Under the pieces are notes generated by a model. The model ran no database searches, was not told the origin of the DNA, and was given only the letters and a program-made list of their open reading frames with translations. This document shows, piece after piece, positions 1 to 10,522 of a DNA stretch of 51,222 nt. Where the stretch lies: the sequence record SRR31156797_8344. One strand, given 5' to 3'. Numbering within the stretch: the stretch's first letter is position 1; every line of letters begins with the position of its first letter. The translations under genes and the position numbers were made by a program.

Positions 1-160
1 AAAAAGTGTTAGGGTTGTTTGTTGGTATGCTTATATAATAGTCTCGAAATGTGAAAAAAGTATGACGAAGCAGGCACGTTTTTGCGAAAAAATCATTGCG
101 AAAGTTAAGAAAGCGTAAAGCATCCCTTCACCAAAAGGCTTGAAGGGACAACAAGAACCT

Positions 161-210
161 AAAATCACTCCGAAGCAGCAGGCGGTTCATGCTGTTTCGG
201 AGTGATTTTT
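161..210 (-). terminator. Intrinsic terminator hairpin downstream of the metallopeptidase gene
   Basis: AAAATCACTCCGAAGCAGCA / TGCTGTTTCGGAGTGATTTT near-perfect inverted repeat, 10 nt past the stop at 220. Confidence 0.8.
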
Positions 211-219
211 TAGTTAAAG

Positions 220-1110
220 CTACTTGCTCAAATCAAGGCTATCGACATTGAAGGTGTCGCCATGTGCTAAGTCACCATAATGATAGCCACGGTTAAACCA
301 GTCCACGCGCTGCTGCGATGTGCCGTGCGTAAAACTATCTGGAACAACATAGCCTTGGTATTCTTTTTGCAGCGTATCATCCCCGATGGCATTGGCAGCC
401 GTGATCGCTTCTTGAATATCGCCAGCTTCTAAAATCGGCTGTCCTTGATAGGTTTCGCCTTGCAAATATTTCGCAAAGGTACCAGCTAAGTAGTCAGCTT
501 GCAACTCCAAGCGAACGCTGTACTGGTTGTACTCCTTCTCTGAAACTTGCTGGCGGATTTTGTCCAATTGTTGGGTGATCCCCAGCTCATTTTGCACATG
601 ATGACCGACTTCATGGGCGATGACATAGGCCATTGCAAAGTCGCCGCTTGCGCCATATTTATCAGAAAGCTCATTGGCAAAACTCAGATCAAGGTACACA
701 TTCTCATCTGCTGGGCAATAAAACGGACCAACCTGTGACGTGGCATAGCCGCATGCCGACTGGACACTTCCCGTAAATAATACGAGTGTTGGGTCTTGAT
801 AGGTTTCTTGCCGCTCTTGAAAAACGTCTTGCCAGTAATCTTCTAAATAGCCGAACACGACTGCGGAAAACTCTTTTTCTTCCGTGTACTCACTGGTGCC
901 CACATTTTCTGTCTGGTAATTGGCTGCTTGTCCGCTGCCACCCAAGACATCCGGCAGCGAATTTAAATCACCACCGCTAAACAGGAAAAATAAAACAGCG
1001 ATGATCACCGTACCGATCCCGCCACCAGCAGCCAACATCCCACCTGAGCCAGATGATCGCCCCGTTCGATCATCGACATTGCTGCTTTGTCTACCCCCAC
1101 GCCATTTCAT
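220..1110 (-). CDS. Neutral zinc metallopeptidase (YpfJ family)
   Basis: MKWRGGRQSSNV N-terminus, one TM segment, GPFYCP, HEVGH zinc motif, ELQAD, SFTHGTS; AGGAG RBS. Confidence 0.9.
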   Translation of the reverse strand: MKWRGGRQSSNVDDRTGRSSGSGGMLAAGGGIGTVIIAVLFFLFSGGDLNSLPDVLGGSGQAANYQTENVGTSEYTEEKEFSAVVFGYLEDYWQDVFQERQETYQDPTLVLFTGSVQSACGYATSQVGPFYCPADENVYLDLSFANELSDKYGASGDFAMAYVIAHEVGHHVQNELGITQQLDKIRQQVSEKEYNQYSVRLELQADYLAGTFAKYLQGETYQGQPILEAGDIQEAITAANAIGDDTLQKEYQGYVVPDSFTHGTSQQRVDWFNRGYHYGDLAHGDTFNVDSLDLSK

Positions 1111-1311
1111 GTTATCTCCTCCTATATAAATCCTAGCTTAATTATAAGAGAAAGGCGGCAGATTGTGAAAAAAAGCGCCTTGAAATTGTTATAAAATGCC
1201 TTCAGGAGCCTTAAAAATCAAAGTGTACACTCCTTTTAATCATTCTTTAATCTAACAATTAGCCTTCTAATTTGGTACAGTAGCAATAAAATAGATGTAG
1301 AGGGTGAGCGT

Positions 1312-2952
1312 ATGAAAATGAATTATTCGGGGACATCGGAACGAAGGATTTTGATTTTTAAACGGTTGATTGCTGGCGAGCACCTCAGCTATCAGCAGTT
1401 AGCAGAGGATTATTTCGTTTCCCGCAGCAGTATTGCAAAAGATATTTCTTATTTAAAAGAGCTGTTTCAAAAAGAAAGCTTACGTCTGAGATTTGATAAT
1501 TCAGGTACATTTTTTGAAGGAAGTGAATCCCAGATCCATCGAGTGCTCAAACGCTTTTGCTTAATGATGCTGGATCAACCAGCGGCGTTTTCCTTGTTGG
1601 TGGAACCTGCGAAATACCAGGAAGTAAATCAGGCCTTTAGTCGAGCGTTAATGGAAAAACAAGTGGAAATGCCCGACAGCTATATCCAAAGTATTGTCCT
1701 TTCCATCGTGCTGCTGATCGAGCGGGCGAGTCATGCGGAAAACTTAGTGATTGAAGAAAACCGCCAAGTGGGGAAGCTGTTTTTGGAGTTCGACAAATAT
1801 CCGTTAGTCTATGAGCTACTGAAAGAAATCGAAGAACAACACATTTATCAATTTTCACCAAAAGAAGTGCAATATCTAACCTACCTGATTGTCGGTAGCG
1901 GCTTGAAATTTTTTATGAAAAGTGAAAAAGTTCCTTTCGTCTTTCGGGGAAAAGTGCGTAACTTGATTCAAAAAATCAGCGAAGGCTTAGGCACCGACTT
2001 GACCCAAGACAATCGATTGGAAGAAGATGTGACGATCCATCTGTATCAACTGCTGTTGCGGATCGAAGCGCAAACCACAGTCATCAACCCTTTGTTAGAG
2101 GAAATCAAACAAAACTATCCTGCCTTGTATGGAGTGGTCTGGTTCTCGCTCCATGATTTTTTGAAAGCGTATCAAGTGGGGATCTCTGATGATGAGATCG
2201 GATTTGTCACAATCCATTTTCAAGCAGCGATCGAGCGAATGCGCCGCATGAACAAAATCATTTTTGTCTGTCCCAATGGCGTCGGCACTAGCTCGTTTGT
2301 CTCTGCGAAAATTCGTCGCATTCTGCCAGAGATTGACAGTATCGAAACCGTTTCAGTAGAAAAATTAAAGCAGATGGACATCTCGGCGATCGATTTTATT
2401 ATTTCAACCATCGATCTCGTAGGGATTCAAAAACCTGTGGTGCGGATCTCGCCTATGGTGACCAATCGCGACATGAAGCGGATCATGAATCACTACATCG
2501 ATTTAGTCATCGATAATGAGGCGGTGGTCGATCAAAATGGTTTACTTCTTCAAGCCCAATCGATGATCCAGCCAACCGTCTTTTTCGAGCGATTTGCCAG
2601 TAAAACAGAAGCCATCAATTTTTTGATCGAACAAACCCCTTTTAGTGATGAAAAACGAAAAGCGCAGTTTCAGCAATCCGTCATTGAAAGAGAGCAGCTA
2701 CAATCAACCTATTTAGATAATGGCTTTGCCATCCCTCATGGCAATCCGAATTATGTCGAAAAAACAGCGATCTCGATCCTGCTTTTGGATCAGCCAGTAG
2801 AATGGGGCAACCAAAAAGCGGACATCATTATTTTATTGATGATCCGAGAGGATGAGACGCAAAAGGTGGAACCAATGATGAAATTGATCATGCAAGGAAT
2901 CGAAAACAAAGAATGGTTCCTATCAAAAATGTTGGAGGTTAAATCAGAATGA
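1312..2952 (+). CDS. BglG/MtlR-type PRD transcriptional regulator (HTH-PRD-EIIB-EIIA)
   Basis: N-terminal HTH (LAEDYFVSRSSIAKDI), PRD histidines (IHL, IHF), VCPNGVGTS EIIB motif, FAIPHG EIIA motif. Confidence 0.88.
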   Translation: MKMNYSGTSERRILIFKRLIAGEHLSYQQLAEDYFVSRSSIAKDISYLKELFQKESLRLRFDNSGTFFEGSESQIHRVLKRFCLMMLDQPAAFSLLVEPAKYQEVNQAFSRALMEKQVEMPDSYIQSIVLSIVLLIERASHAENLVIEENRQVGKLFLEFDKYPLVYELLKEIEEQHIYQFSPKEVQYLTYLIVGSGLKFFMKSEKVPFVFRGKVRNLIQKISEGLGTDLTQDNRLEEDVTIHLYQLLLRIEAQTTVINPLLEEIKQNYPALYGVVWFSLHDFLKAYQVGISDDEIGFVTIHFQAAIERMRRMNKIIFVCPNGVGTSSFVSAKIRRILPEIDSIETVSVEKLKQMDISAIDFIISTIDLVGIQKPVVRISPMVTNRDMKRIMNHYIDLVIDNEAVVDQNGLLLQAQSMIQPTVFFERFASKTEAINFLIEQTPFSDEKRKAQFQQSVIEREQLQSTYLDNGFAIPHGNPNYVEKTAISILLLDQPVEWGNQKADIIILLMIREDETQKVEPMMKLIMQGIENKEWFLSKMLEVKSE

Positions 2953-3377
2953 AAGTGAAGGATTATTTGCCTGAGAAGCATATACAGACGGATGAGACAG
3001 TGGCAGATTGGCGCTCAGCCGTAAAATTAGCCAGTCAGCCCTTGCTGGATGAAGCGCTGATCACGTCAGAATACATCGAAGCGATGATTCAAAGCGTGGA
3101 AGAAAATGGTCCTTACATGGTGTTGGCGGATTACTTTGCGCTGATGCATGCCCGTCCTGGAGAAGGGGTTTTGGAGCAAAGTATGAGCCTTTTAGTAACG
3201 AAACAGCCCATCGATCTTGAGGGCAAACCGGTGCGGATATTTCTTGTCTTAGCCGCCGCAGATAGTGAAAGCCATCTAGAAAGCTTGAAAGAGATCATGG
3301 CGATCTTTATGGATGAAGAAAAATACAACGTGATATTAAACGGCGATCGGGAACAAATTTGTCAATTATTCCAATAG
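2949..3377 (+). CDS. PTS EIIA component (fructose/mannitol/ascorbate type)
   Basis: GPYMVL...ALMHARP phospho-His motif; overlaps regulator stop (ATGA). Confidence 0.9.
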   Translation: MKVKDYLPEKHIQTDETVADWRSAVKLASQPLLDEALITSEYIEAMIQSVEENGPYMVLADYFALMHARPGEGVLEQSMSLLVTKQPIDLEGKPVRIFLVLAAADSESHLESLKEIMAIFMDEEKYNVILNGDREQICQLFQ

Positions 3378-3389
3378 GAGGAAAAGGAT

Positions 3390-3671
3390 ATGAAAATTTT
3401 AGCAGTATGTGGATTTGGTGTAGGAAGCTCAATGGTATTGAAGATGACGATCGATAAGGTGATCAAAGAGTTAGGGTTGACGGCAACTGCCGAGAATACT
3501 GATTTATCAACGGCAAAAGCGACACCAGCAGATGTTTATTTTACGAGTAATGAATTATTGAATGAGTTAAAAGCATCCGTGAAAGCACCCGTTTATCCAA
3601 TCAAAAAGTATATGGATAAAGAAGAAGTCAAACAGCAAATGGAAAAATTTTTAGCTGAAAGAGAGGGATAA
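3390..3671 (+). CDS. PTS EIIB component (UlaB/GatB type)
   Basis: VCGFGVGSS phospho-Cys motif; 93 aa; AGGAGG RBS. Confidence 0.9.
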   Translation: MKILAVCGFGVGSSMVLKMTIDKVIKELGLTATAENTDLSTAKATPADVYFTSNELLNELKASVKAPVYPIKKYMDKEEVKQQMEKFLAEREG

Positions 3672-3673
3672 TC

Positions 3674-4924
3674 ATGAATTTTGTCACGGATTATATTTTA
3701 AAAAATCCGCCAGTCCTACTGGGGATCATTGCCATGATTGGGTTATTGGTACAAAGAAAGCCCTTCGCAGAAGTCGTCAAAGGAACCTTAACAGCTTCCT
3801 TCGGGATGGTGGCATTGACGGCTGGGGTAAACATGTTGGTGGGAACGATCGCACCGATCAATGCTGCGGTTCAAACCCAATTAGGCGTTGCTGTGTCAGA
3901 TGGACTCTCTGACATCACCTTTACGGCAGAATACGGCGGAACAGTTGGTTTAGCGATGTTTTTCGGCCTGATCATTCATTTATTGATTGCTCGCTTTACA
4001 CCTGTGAAGACGATTTTCCTCACCGGTCACATGTTGTGGTGGTTCCCATTCGTCATCGTCGCTGGGGGCGTTGAAGGCGGACTTACCGGAATCCCACTGT
4101 TGATCTTAGGGGCGGTTCTATCTGCTTGTTACTGGTCCTTCATGCCATGGATCATGCGTAAATATGTGTGGGATGCCACAGGCGATGATTCATTCTTGAT
4201 CGGTCATCCAACGGGGATCTTGTCATTGGTTTCAGGCTTTGTTGCAAAACGGGTCGGAAACAAAGAAAAATCAACGGAAGATTTGAAAGTGCCAGAAAAT
4301 CTATCGTTTTTCCGTGAAATATCGATTACTGGCGCGTTAGTGATGTTTTTGATGAATATCGTTATCGGTCTGATTGCGCCCGTATTAGTTCCTGAAGGGG
4401 GCAACTTGGTGATGTTTGCGGTTGATGCTGGCTTGAACTTCGGTGCAGGATTATTGATCATGTTGTATGGGGTACGTCTATTGATCAACCAAATCATTCC
4501 CGCCTTTCAAGGGATCGCAGAAAAAGTCGTTCCTGGAGCAAAACCAGCTTTTGATGTGCCAATCTTGTTCAACTACCGTCCAAATGCTGTAATCATCGGC
4601 TTTATCGTGGCGATGATCACCTCAACGATTTTAGTGGTGATTGCCAATACCACCAACGTCTTTGGCATTTTGATCGTTCCTTTAGTCATCACCAGCTTCT
4701 TTGAATGTGGCGGTGCTGCGGTGATCGGTGAAGGACAAGGGGGCTTGCGAGGGGCCATTATTGGTACGATCACAGCTTCTGTCGTTATGGTAGCACTCGT
4801 TGGGATCTCTGCAGCGTTATTCTCAACGACGATTCAAAACTGGATCTTGATTTTCGGTGGGAACGATTTATCTCTATGGGGCATCCTTGGTGAATTGATC
4901 GGCAAGCTGTTTGGAGGGTTTTAA
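3674..4924 (+). CDS. PTS ascorbate-family EIIC (UlaA/SgaT-like)
   Basis: Hydrophobic 416 aa; IFLTGH, IIPAFQGIAEKVVPGAKPAFDVP, PNAVIIGF motifs. Confidence 0.88.
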   Translation: MNFVTDYILKNPPVLLGIIAMIGLLVQRKPFAEVVKGTLTASFGMVALTAGVNMLVGTIAPINAAVQTQLGVAVSDGLSDITFTAEYGGTVGLAMFFGLIIHLLIARFTPVKTIFLTGHMLWWFPFVIVAGGVEGGLTGIPLLILGAVLSACYWSFMPWIMRKYVWDATGDDSFLIGHPTGILSLVSGFVAKRVGNKEKSTEDLKVPENLSFFREISITGALVMFLMNIVIGLIAPVLVPEGGNLVMFAVDAGLNFGAGLLIMLYGVRLLINQIIPAFQGIAEKVVPGAKPAFDVPILFNYRPNAVIIGFIVAMITSTILVVIANTTNVFGILIVPLVITSFFECGGAAVIGEGQGGLRGAIIGTITASVVMVALVGISAALFSTTIQNWILIFGGNDLSLWGILGELIGKLFGGF

Positions 4925-5662
4925 ATGTTTCAATACTTTGAAAAAGCAAAAGAACTATTGTCTATTGTAGAAGAAAAAGAAGCACCAGCGATTGAGCAAG
5001 CCATTGAATTGCTGACGCAAGCCAACTTGACCAAAAAAGCCATCTACATTTTTGGCGCTAGTCACGCTGGGATCTTAGCCGAAGAGATGTATTATCGAGC
5101 AGGCGGCATGATGACGATCAACGCGATCTTTGGAAGAGAACTGATGCTTGATCGCAGCCCAATCACCTTCACTAGTAAAATGGAGCGCTTAGAAGGCTAC
5201 GGTAGTGCCTTGGCGGCGACCCAGCCCTTTACAGCAGGCGATGTGCTGATCTTGCATTCGGTGTCTGGGCGAAATCCAGTTATCATCGATATGGCGCTTC
5301 ATGCCAAAGAAAAAGGGGTCAAGATCATCGCATTAACGAACCTTACCTATTCGAAAACAGTCAGCAGCCGTCATACATCAGGCTTGCGTTTGTTTGAAAC
5401 GGCGGATATCGTCATCGACAATCATGGGGAGATTGGCGATGCTGCGTGTACGATTCCAGACGTAGAACAAAAAGTCGGACCTACATCCACCGTAGTCGGC
5501 GCAACGATCTTAAATGCGATTATCGTTGAAGTTTGCCAAAAACTAAAAGAAGCCGGTGTCGACTATCCGCCGATTTTTTACTCAGCGAACCTAGACGGCG
5601 GGGATGAATTGAACCAGTCCCTGTTTGAAAAGTACCAAGAAGCGATCCATTATCAGCTGTGA
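4925..5662 (+). CDS. SIS-domain sugar isomerase protein
   Basis: IFGASHAG, HSVSGRN, DNHGEIGDA, GPTST, SANLDGG motifs. Confidence 0.85.
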   Translation: MFQYFEKAKELLSIVEEKEAPAIEQAIELLTQANLTKKAIYIFGASHAGILAEEMYYRAGGMMTINAIFGRELMLDRSPITFTSKMERLEGYGSALAATQPFTAGDVLILHSVSGRNPVIIDMALHAKEKGVKIIALTNLTYSKTVSSRHTSGLRLFETADIVIDNHGEIGDAACTIPDVEQKVGPTSTVVGATILNAIIVEVCQKLKEAGVDYPPIFYSANLDGGDELNQSLFEKYQEAIHYQL

Positions 5663-5690
5663 CTGTATAAGTAACTTATCTTTTTATTAG

Positions 5691-5790
5691 AACGATCAGA
5701 ACGAAAAATTTGAAAACTACTAATAGAACGAATTTTCTTGGGGGAATCAATTCGTAAATGTAGTGGTCAAATCTCGTTCAGATCGTTTTT
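5691..5790. terminator. Long imperfect hairpin/terminator between convergent genes
   Basis: AACGATC-AGAACGA...TCGTTC-AGATCGTT outer arms followed by a T-run. Confidence 0.6.
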
Positions 5791-5810
5791 TTGTATTAGA
5801 ATTTTAGAGC

Positions 5811-7952
5811 TTAATGAATTTTATTGGTACGATAAGTACCAGGTGTCGACCCTTCAAATTGTTTGAATACCCGAATAAAGGAATTGGTATTTTTAAAGCC
5901 GACTTTACTAGCAATTTCATTGATTGAACTTTCTTGTTCGCTCATCAGACGTTTGGCTTTTTCGACACGTAGTTGATTGACGTATGGTTTGAAGGACATG
6001 GACAGTCGTTCTTTAATCAACCGGCTTAAATAGGCTTCACTTAGATGAAACTGCTGGGCAATATCTGTTAAACTGAGGTCGCTGCAATAGTTGCTATTAA
6101 TATATTGAATGATTTCATCTGTTTTGGATCCATTATTTTTTTCCATGGTTTCGATCTGAGTGATCAGCGTGTCAAAAAGGGAAAAAATCGTTTTTTTCAC
6201 ATCGGGATCTGAAAAACCTTTTCTTAAATAAAGAAATTGTTTCTTATTTTGATTGTAGAATTCAGGATAGGAAATCTCTTTGATCACAGCAATTCGTTTT
6301 ATTGTTAAGATCAGAGCGGTTGAAAATTCCTGAAGGAAGCCTAGGGAATGGTTGCTGGAAATATTGATCTCCACGATTTGTTGCAATAATTCTCTGGCAT
6401 GGACAAAATCATCTACTTTGAAATATTGGATCAATAACTGTTCCTCATCAACGGTATAATTGATTTTATGAAGAGCATTGGATGTTGGAACCGGTATTTG
6501 ATGGAACTGATCTTCGCCATTGCATTCATCTGACCACTGACAGGTTTCATGAAAGACTTCGATAAAATGTTCAAGAGAATGAAAAGGTTTTGATAGCAAG
6601 TAAGTCATTCTTAAGTTCAAACTGTCTTCGATTGTTAGTTTCAATTGATCGATCTCTTTCATGATTTGTGAAAATTCCTGATCATAAAAAAGAATGGCAA
6701 GGTGTTTTTCGGAAAAACTGATGATATCATAACACTTGATATGAAGATTTTTCTTGATCAACTGTTTTCGCACATGAATGATCTCTGTTTCATTAAAAGT
6801 GGCTTCTTCCGCCATCTCGCCTGAGAAGGTCAGAAAAGCAAAACTCCCACGTTTTTCTATGCCTTCAAGATGGAAAGTGGGCAATAAACTCTTGCTCATA
6901 TTGTACGTATATTTTCCGTAAAGCAGATTCTTCAAGAATAGTTCCTTTACTTCTTCTGAGACAGGGGATTGGAGCTGGTTGATCGAACTAGACGACTCGA
7001 TTATCTGGTGCAAAGCTAAGTTGATATCATCAACTGTTAAAATATCAACATTACTCTTTTTGATTTCATCTAATATTTCTAGATAAGGTTTGTACATCCG
7101 CTTACTCAAGAAAATGACGATCAAAGCACCCAGTACGATCAAAACCATTAATGGAAGGAGAAAGGACGAAATTGTAGAGAGTGGAAAACTGCTTTGAATC
7201 GCGGTTGTCAATTCATAATTGGCAAAAGGGAGCACCTCTGAATTTTTTATAAAAACGATAGTATCTGATTGGGTCTCTTGCTGAATGGTATTTTGTGTAA
7301 AATCAGTAAGTATCGGTGAACTAGTCTTACTAGAAGGATATTGTTGATCGATAACTTGTAGTCCTTGATTCATTGGAGACAGTAGTTCATTTTTTTTCCA
7401 GTAGGCAAAGAAGTAGAGGGTCTGATTCTCTACTTGCTCTTTATGAAGCATGATCAGCCGTTGATCAAGGGTTTCGAAGATGGAGGAACTGAAGCTGGCA
7501 TCTGCCAGCATTTCGGAAAGAAGCCCGGATTTTGTTTCTATATTCAAGAAGGAAAAGAAATCATTGTAAACAAAATAGCCGTCAGAACTTACGATGATAT
7601 GATTTTCTGGATTCAAGATTCCGATAGAGTATTCAAACTGATTCATTAATAAATAGTTTTCACGAATTTCATCATACATCGCTGAAAACAGCGCATAATC
7701 AGATTCAGTACTTTGGGAAAACAGTATAATACTTTCTTTTGTTGCTAAAGATTTCATTGAATTGAGGGCAAATCGAAGTTGCTGATCAATGCGAAAAGCA
7801 CTGTTTTCTAGCGTCATAATACTTTGGGTAGTTTGTTCAGTTTTCCGCTGATTAACTTCATTATTGATGACAATCACCATAATAAAAATAGTATATGCAA
7901 TGATTACCGTTAAAAAGGTTAAGAATATTTTTCGATATGTTTTTGATTTCAT
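5811..7952 (-). CDS. Membrane-anchored AraC-family regulator
   Basis: Two TM segments enclosing an extracellular domain; C-terminal AraC HTH (IASKVGFKNTNSFIRVFKQFEGSTPGTYR). Confidence 0.88.
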   Translation of the reverse strand: MKSKTYRKIFLTFLTVIIAYTIFIMVIVINNEVNQRKTEQTTQSIMTLENSAFRIDQQLRFALNSMKSLATKESIILFSQSTESDYALFSAMYDEIRENYLLMNQFEYSIGILNPENHIIVSSDGYFVYNDFFSFLNIETKSGLLSEMLADASFSSSIFETLDQRLIMLHKEQVENQTLYFFAYWKKNELLSPMNQGLQVIDQQYPSSKTSSPILTDFTQNTIQQETQSDTIVFIKNSEVLPFANYELTTAIQSSFPLSTISSFLLPLMVLIVLGALIVIFLSKRMYKPYLEILDEIKKSNVDILTVDDINLALHQIIESSSSINQLQSPVSEEVKELFLKNLLYGKYTYNMSKSLLPTFHLEGIEKRGSFAFLTFSGEMAEEATFNETEIIHVRKQLIKKNLHIKCYDIISFSEKHLAILFYDQEFSQIMKEIDQLKLTIEDSLNLRMTYLLSKPFHSLEHFIEVFHETCQWSDECNGEDQFHQIPVPTSNALHKINYTVDEEQLLIQYFKVDDFVHARELLQQIVEINISSNHSLGFLQEFSTALILTIKRIAVIKEISYPEFYNQNKKQFLYLRKGFSDPDVKKTIFSLFDTLITQIETMEKNNGSKTDEIIQYINSNYCSDLSLTDIAQQFHLSEAYLSRLIKERLSMSFKPYVNQLRVEKAKRLMSEQESSINEIASKVGFKNTNSFIRVFKQFEGSTPGTYRTNKIH

Positions 7953-7971
7953 AAGTGCTCCTTTCTTTTTT

Positions 7972-7985
7972 TGGTAACGTTTACA
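7972..7985. promoter_or_regulatory. Putative cre site (CcpA)
   Basis: TGGTAACGTTTACA matches the cre consensus; a second cre-like TTAAAGCGCTTACT at 8120-8133 lies before the ABC operon. Confidence 0.65.
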
Positions 7986-8172
7986 TTGATTATAGAGATA
8001 AATTAGCTTGAGTCAAATCATCATTATTTGTAGTTGTCTACAAAACTTGATATTAAGAGTAAAAAGTGTATATTTCAACGAATAATAATGATATTCAAAA
8101 ATGGCTAAACAGGCTATATTTAAAGCGCTTACTTTAAGCAAGAGAAAATGAAAAAATTTAGGAGGAACGATT

Positions 8173-9543
8173 ATGTCGATGAAAAGAAAAGCTGTATCAT
8201 TACTGTCTCTACTGACACTACCAATGGTTTTAGCTGCTTGTGGGAACAGCGACGGCTCGTCAAATGGGGACGGGGCAGAGGGGAAAACCGAGATAAAGGT
8301 TACTTGGCGCAATACCGGGGAAAACGATAAAATGACCCAATATTTGGAAGAAACATTTATTCCACAATTTGAGAAAGAAAATGAGGACATTAAAATCGTA
8401 CTTTCTCCGATTACCGCAAGTGAGGGAGACTATTTTTCAAAAGTTGCTCTTTCTATGCAATCGGAGAGCACAGCACCCGATGTAGTGGCAGAGGATTCGT
8501 TTATGTTGAATTCTGATGCAAATGCCGGTTACTTAACCAATCTTGATGAATATGTTGCTGACTGGGATCAATGGGATAAATATACAGAAAACTTAAAAGC
8601 TGGTGTTATTGCTGAAGATGGTAGTACGTATGCCATTCCAGGAACTTCTGATTCTCGCGGGATTTGGTACAACAAAAATGTCTTTAAGAAAGCCGGTCTG
8701 CCTGAAGAATGGCAGCCAACAACTTGGAGGGAGATCATTGAGGCAGCTGAAGCAATCAAAGCTTCCGATGAGAATGTGATCCCCTTAGGATTAGGTGTGG
8801 CTAAAGCCAATGGTGAGTCGGTTTCCATGCAGACTTTCCAGATGCTCTTATATGGTACTCAAGATACATTATTTGATAGTGAAACGCGTAAATGGCAAGT
8901 AAATACACAAGGAATCATTGATTCATTGGCTTTCATTGATGAAGTGTATAACCAAAAACAATTAGGACCATCATTATCCGTTGCGATCAACAGCAATTAC
9001 GGATCTGTGATGTTCCAAGATAAATTTCCTAATGACGAAGTTGGTATGCTTCTAGATGGTTTTTGGAGTGCCGGTAACTGGGCCGAAAATGGGGCAACTC
9101 CTGTTGAGAATATGACAGAACGCTTTGGTTTTGCAGCCATGCCTACACAAAATGGTGGTGAACCGCCATTTACGACCATGTCCGGAGGTTGGACATGGGC
9201 CATTCCTGAAAAAGCACAAAATAAAGAAGCTTCATGGCGAGTAGTTCAAGCACTCGGTGGAAAAGAACAGCAAGCTGCACGAGCAATCGCTGAAGGGAAT
9301 TTAACCGTCCGAGACGATTCAGCAGAAATAGCTGAATATAAGGAGCAACCTTTTATTGAGCAAGCAACCTCTTTCTTACAATATGCTCATTTCCGTCCGG
9401 CAGATGACAAATATCCTAATGTTTCAGTAGAAATCCAAACAATGGTTGAAGCAGTTGCCACTGGCAGCAAGACACCGGAAGAAGCAGCTAGTGATTATGC
9501 CGCCAATGTAACAAGGATCGTTGGAGACGATGCCGTTAACTAA
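8173..9543 (+). CDS. Sugar ABC transporter substrate-binding lipoprotein
   Basis: Lipobox LAACG; YNKNVFKKAGL, PTTW, SGGW motifs; AGGAGG RBS. Confidence 0.9.
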   Translation: MSMKRKAVSLLSLLTLPMVLAACGNSDGSSNGDGAEGKTEIKVTWRNTGENDKMTQYLEETFIPQFEKENEDIKIVLSPITASEGDYFSKVALSMQSESTAPDVVAEDSFMLNSDANAGYLTNLDEYVADWDQWDKYTENLKAGVIAEDGSTYAIPGTSDSRGIWYNKNVFKKAGLPEEWQPTTWREIIEAAEAIKASDENVIPLGLGVAKANGESVSMQTFQMLLYGTQDTLFDSETRKWQVNTQGIIDSLAFIDEVYNQKQLGPSLSVAINSNYGSVMFQDKFPNDEVGMLLDGFWSAGNWAENGATPVENMTERFGFAAMPTQNGGEPPFTTMSGGWTWAIPEKAQNKEASWRVVQALGGKEQQAARAIAEGNLTVRDDSAEIAEYKEQPFIEQATSFLQYAHFRPADDKYPNVSVEIQTMVEAVATGSKTPEEAASDYAANVTRIVGDDAVN

Positions 9544-9628
9544 ATCATTAATAAAGAGAAGGAATTGCAGCAAACAATCCGAATGGAGGCTAACGTTTCT
9601 TCTCTTTAAAAAAAGAAAGGAGAAAAGA

Positions 9629-10522
9629 ATGGAAAATTCGCTAAAACGAGAGCAGCAAATGTCCAATAGTAAAAAAGCGTTGATTTTTTTATTTCCCAGT
9701 TGGCTCTTGCTGCTGATATTTTTTGTTGGTCCAGTTATCTTAACTTTTATCTTTTCCTTCACGAACTTGGCTCTGACCGGTGCTGAAGCAAGTCAATTGC
9801 GGTTCATCGGCTTTGAAAATTTTGTGCGCATGTTCAATGATCCGGCTTTTCAAACTAGTGTCGTACGAACCTTGATTTTTGTCATTTTTTCTGCAGTGAT
9901 CGGTCAATGTTTCTTAGGTTTTTTGATTGCATTTATGATGCGGGAGAAAAATCGAGCCTTTCGGCGAGTCGTTGGTCTGATCATCATTGCTGCATGGGTT
10001 ACGCCGGAAGTCGTTGTTTCCTTTTGCTGGGTCGCTTTTTTAGGAGATAGCGGAACAGCTAATTGGTTGATGGGACTGATGGGATTTGAGCCGGTTGCTT
10101 GGCTGTTTGCTTTTCCTATGATAAGCGTTGTGGTTGCCAATATTTGGCGAGGAACCGCTTTTTCAATGATGGTGTTTCAATCCGCTTTAGATGAGATCCC
10201 TAAGGAAGTAGAGGAAGCTGCAGTTATGGATGGCGCCAGCCGCTGGCAAGTGATTCGAAAAATTACGATACCGATGGTCAAAGGTACCATTGCAACGAAT
10301 TTGATGCTCGTCACTTTGCAGACATTGGGTGTCTTTACGTTGATTTATACTATGACTGGTGGTGGTCCCGGCAATCAGACTGCAACCCTGCCGGTCTTCA
10401 TGTACAAACAAGCTTTTGTGAGCTATCAGCTAGGATACGGAACAGCGATTTCGCTGGTCTTGCTACTGATTGGTGCTGCCGCAAGCTTGATTTATATGAA
10501 AATGCTGAAAGTGAAAGTGTAG
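9629..10522 (+). CDS. Carbohydrate ABC permease
   Basis: EAAVMDGAS EAA loop; start moved to ATG 9629 behind AAGGAG. Confidence 0.88.
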   Translation: MENSLKREQQMSNSKKALIFLFPSWLLLLIFFVGPVILTFIFSFTNLALTGAEASQLRFIGFENFVRMFNDPAFQTSVVRTLIFVIFSAVIGQCFLGFLIAFMMREKNRAFRRVVGLIIIAAWVTPEVVVSFCWVAFLGDSGTANWLMGLMGFEPVAWLFAFPMISVVVANIWRGTAFSMMVFQSALDEIPKEVEEAAVMDGASRWQVIRKITIPMVKGTIATNLMLVTLQTLGVFTLIYTMTGGGPGNQTATLPVFMYKQAFVSYQLGYGTAISLVLLLIGAAASLIYMKMLKVKV

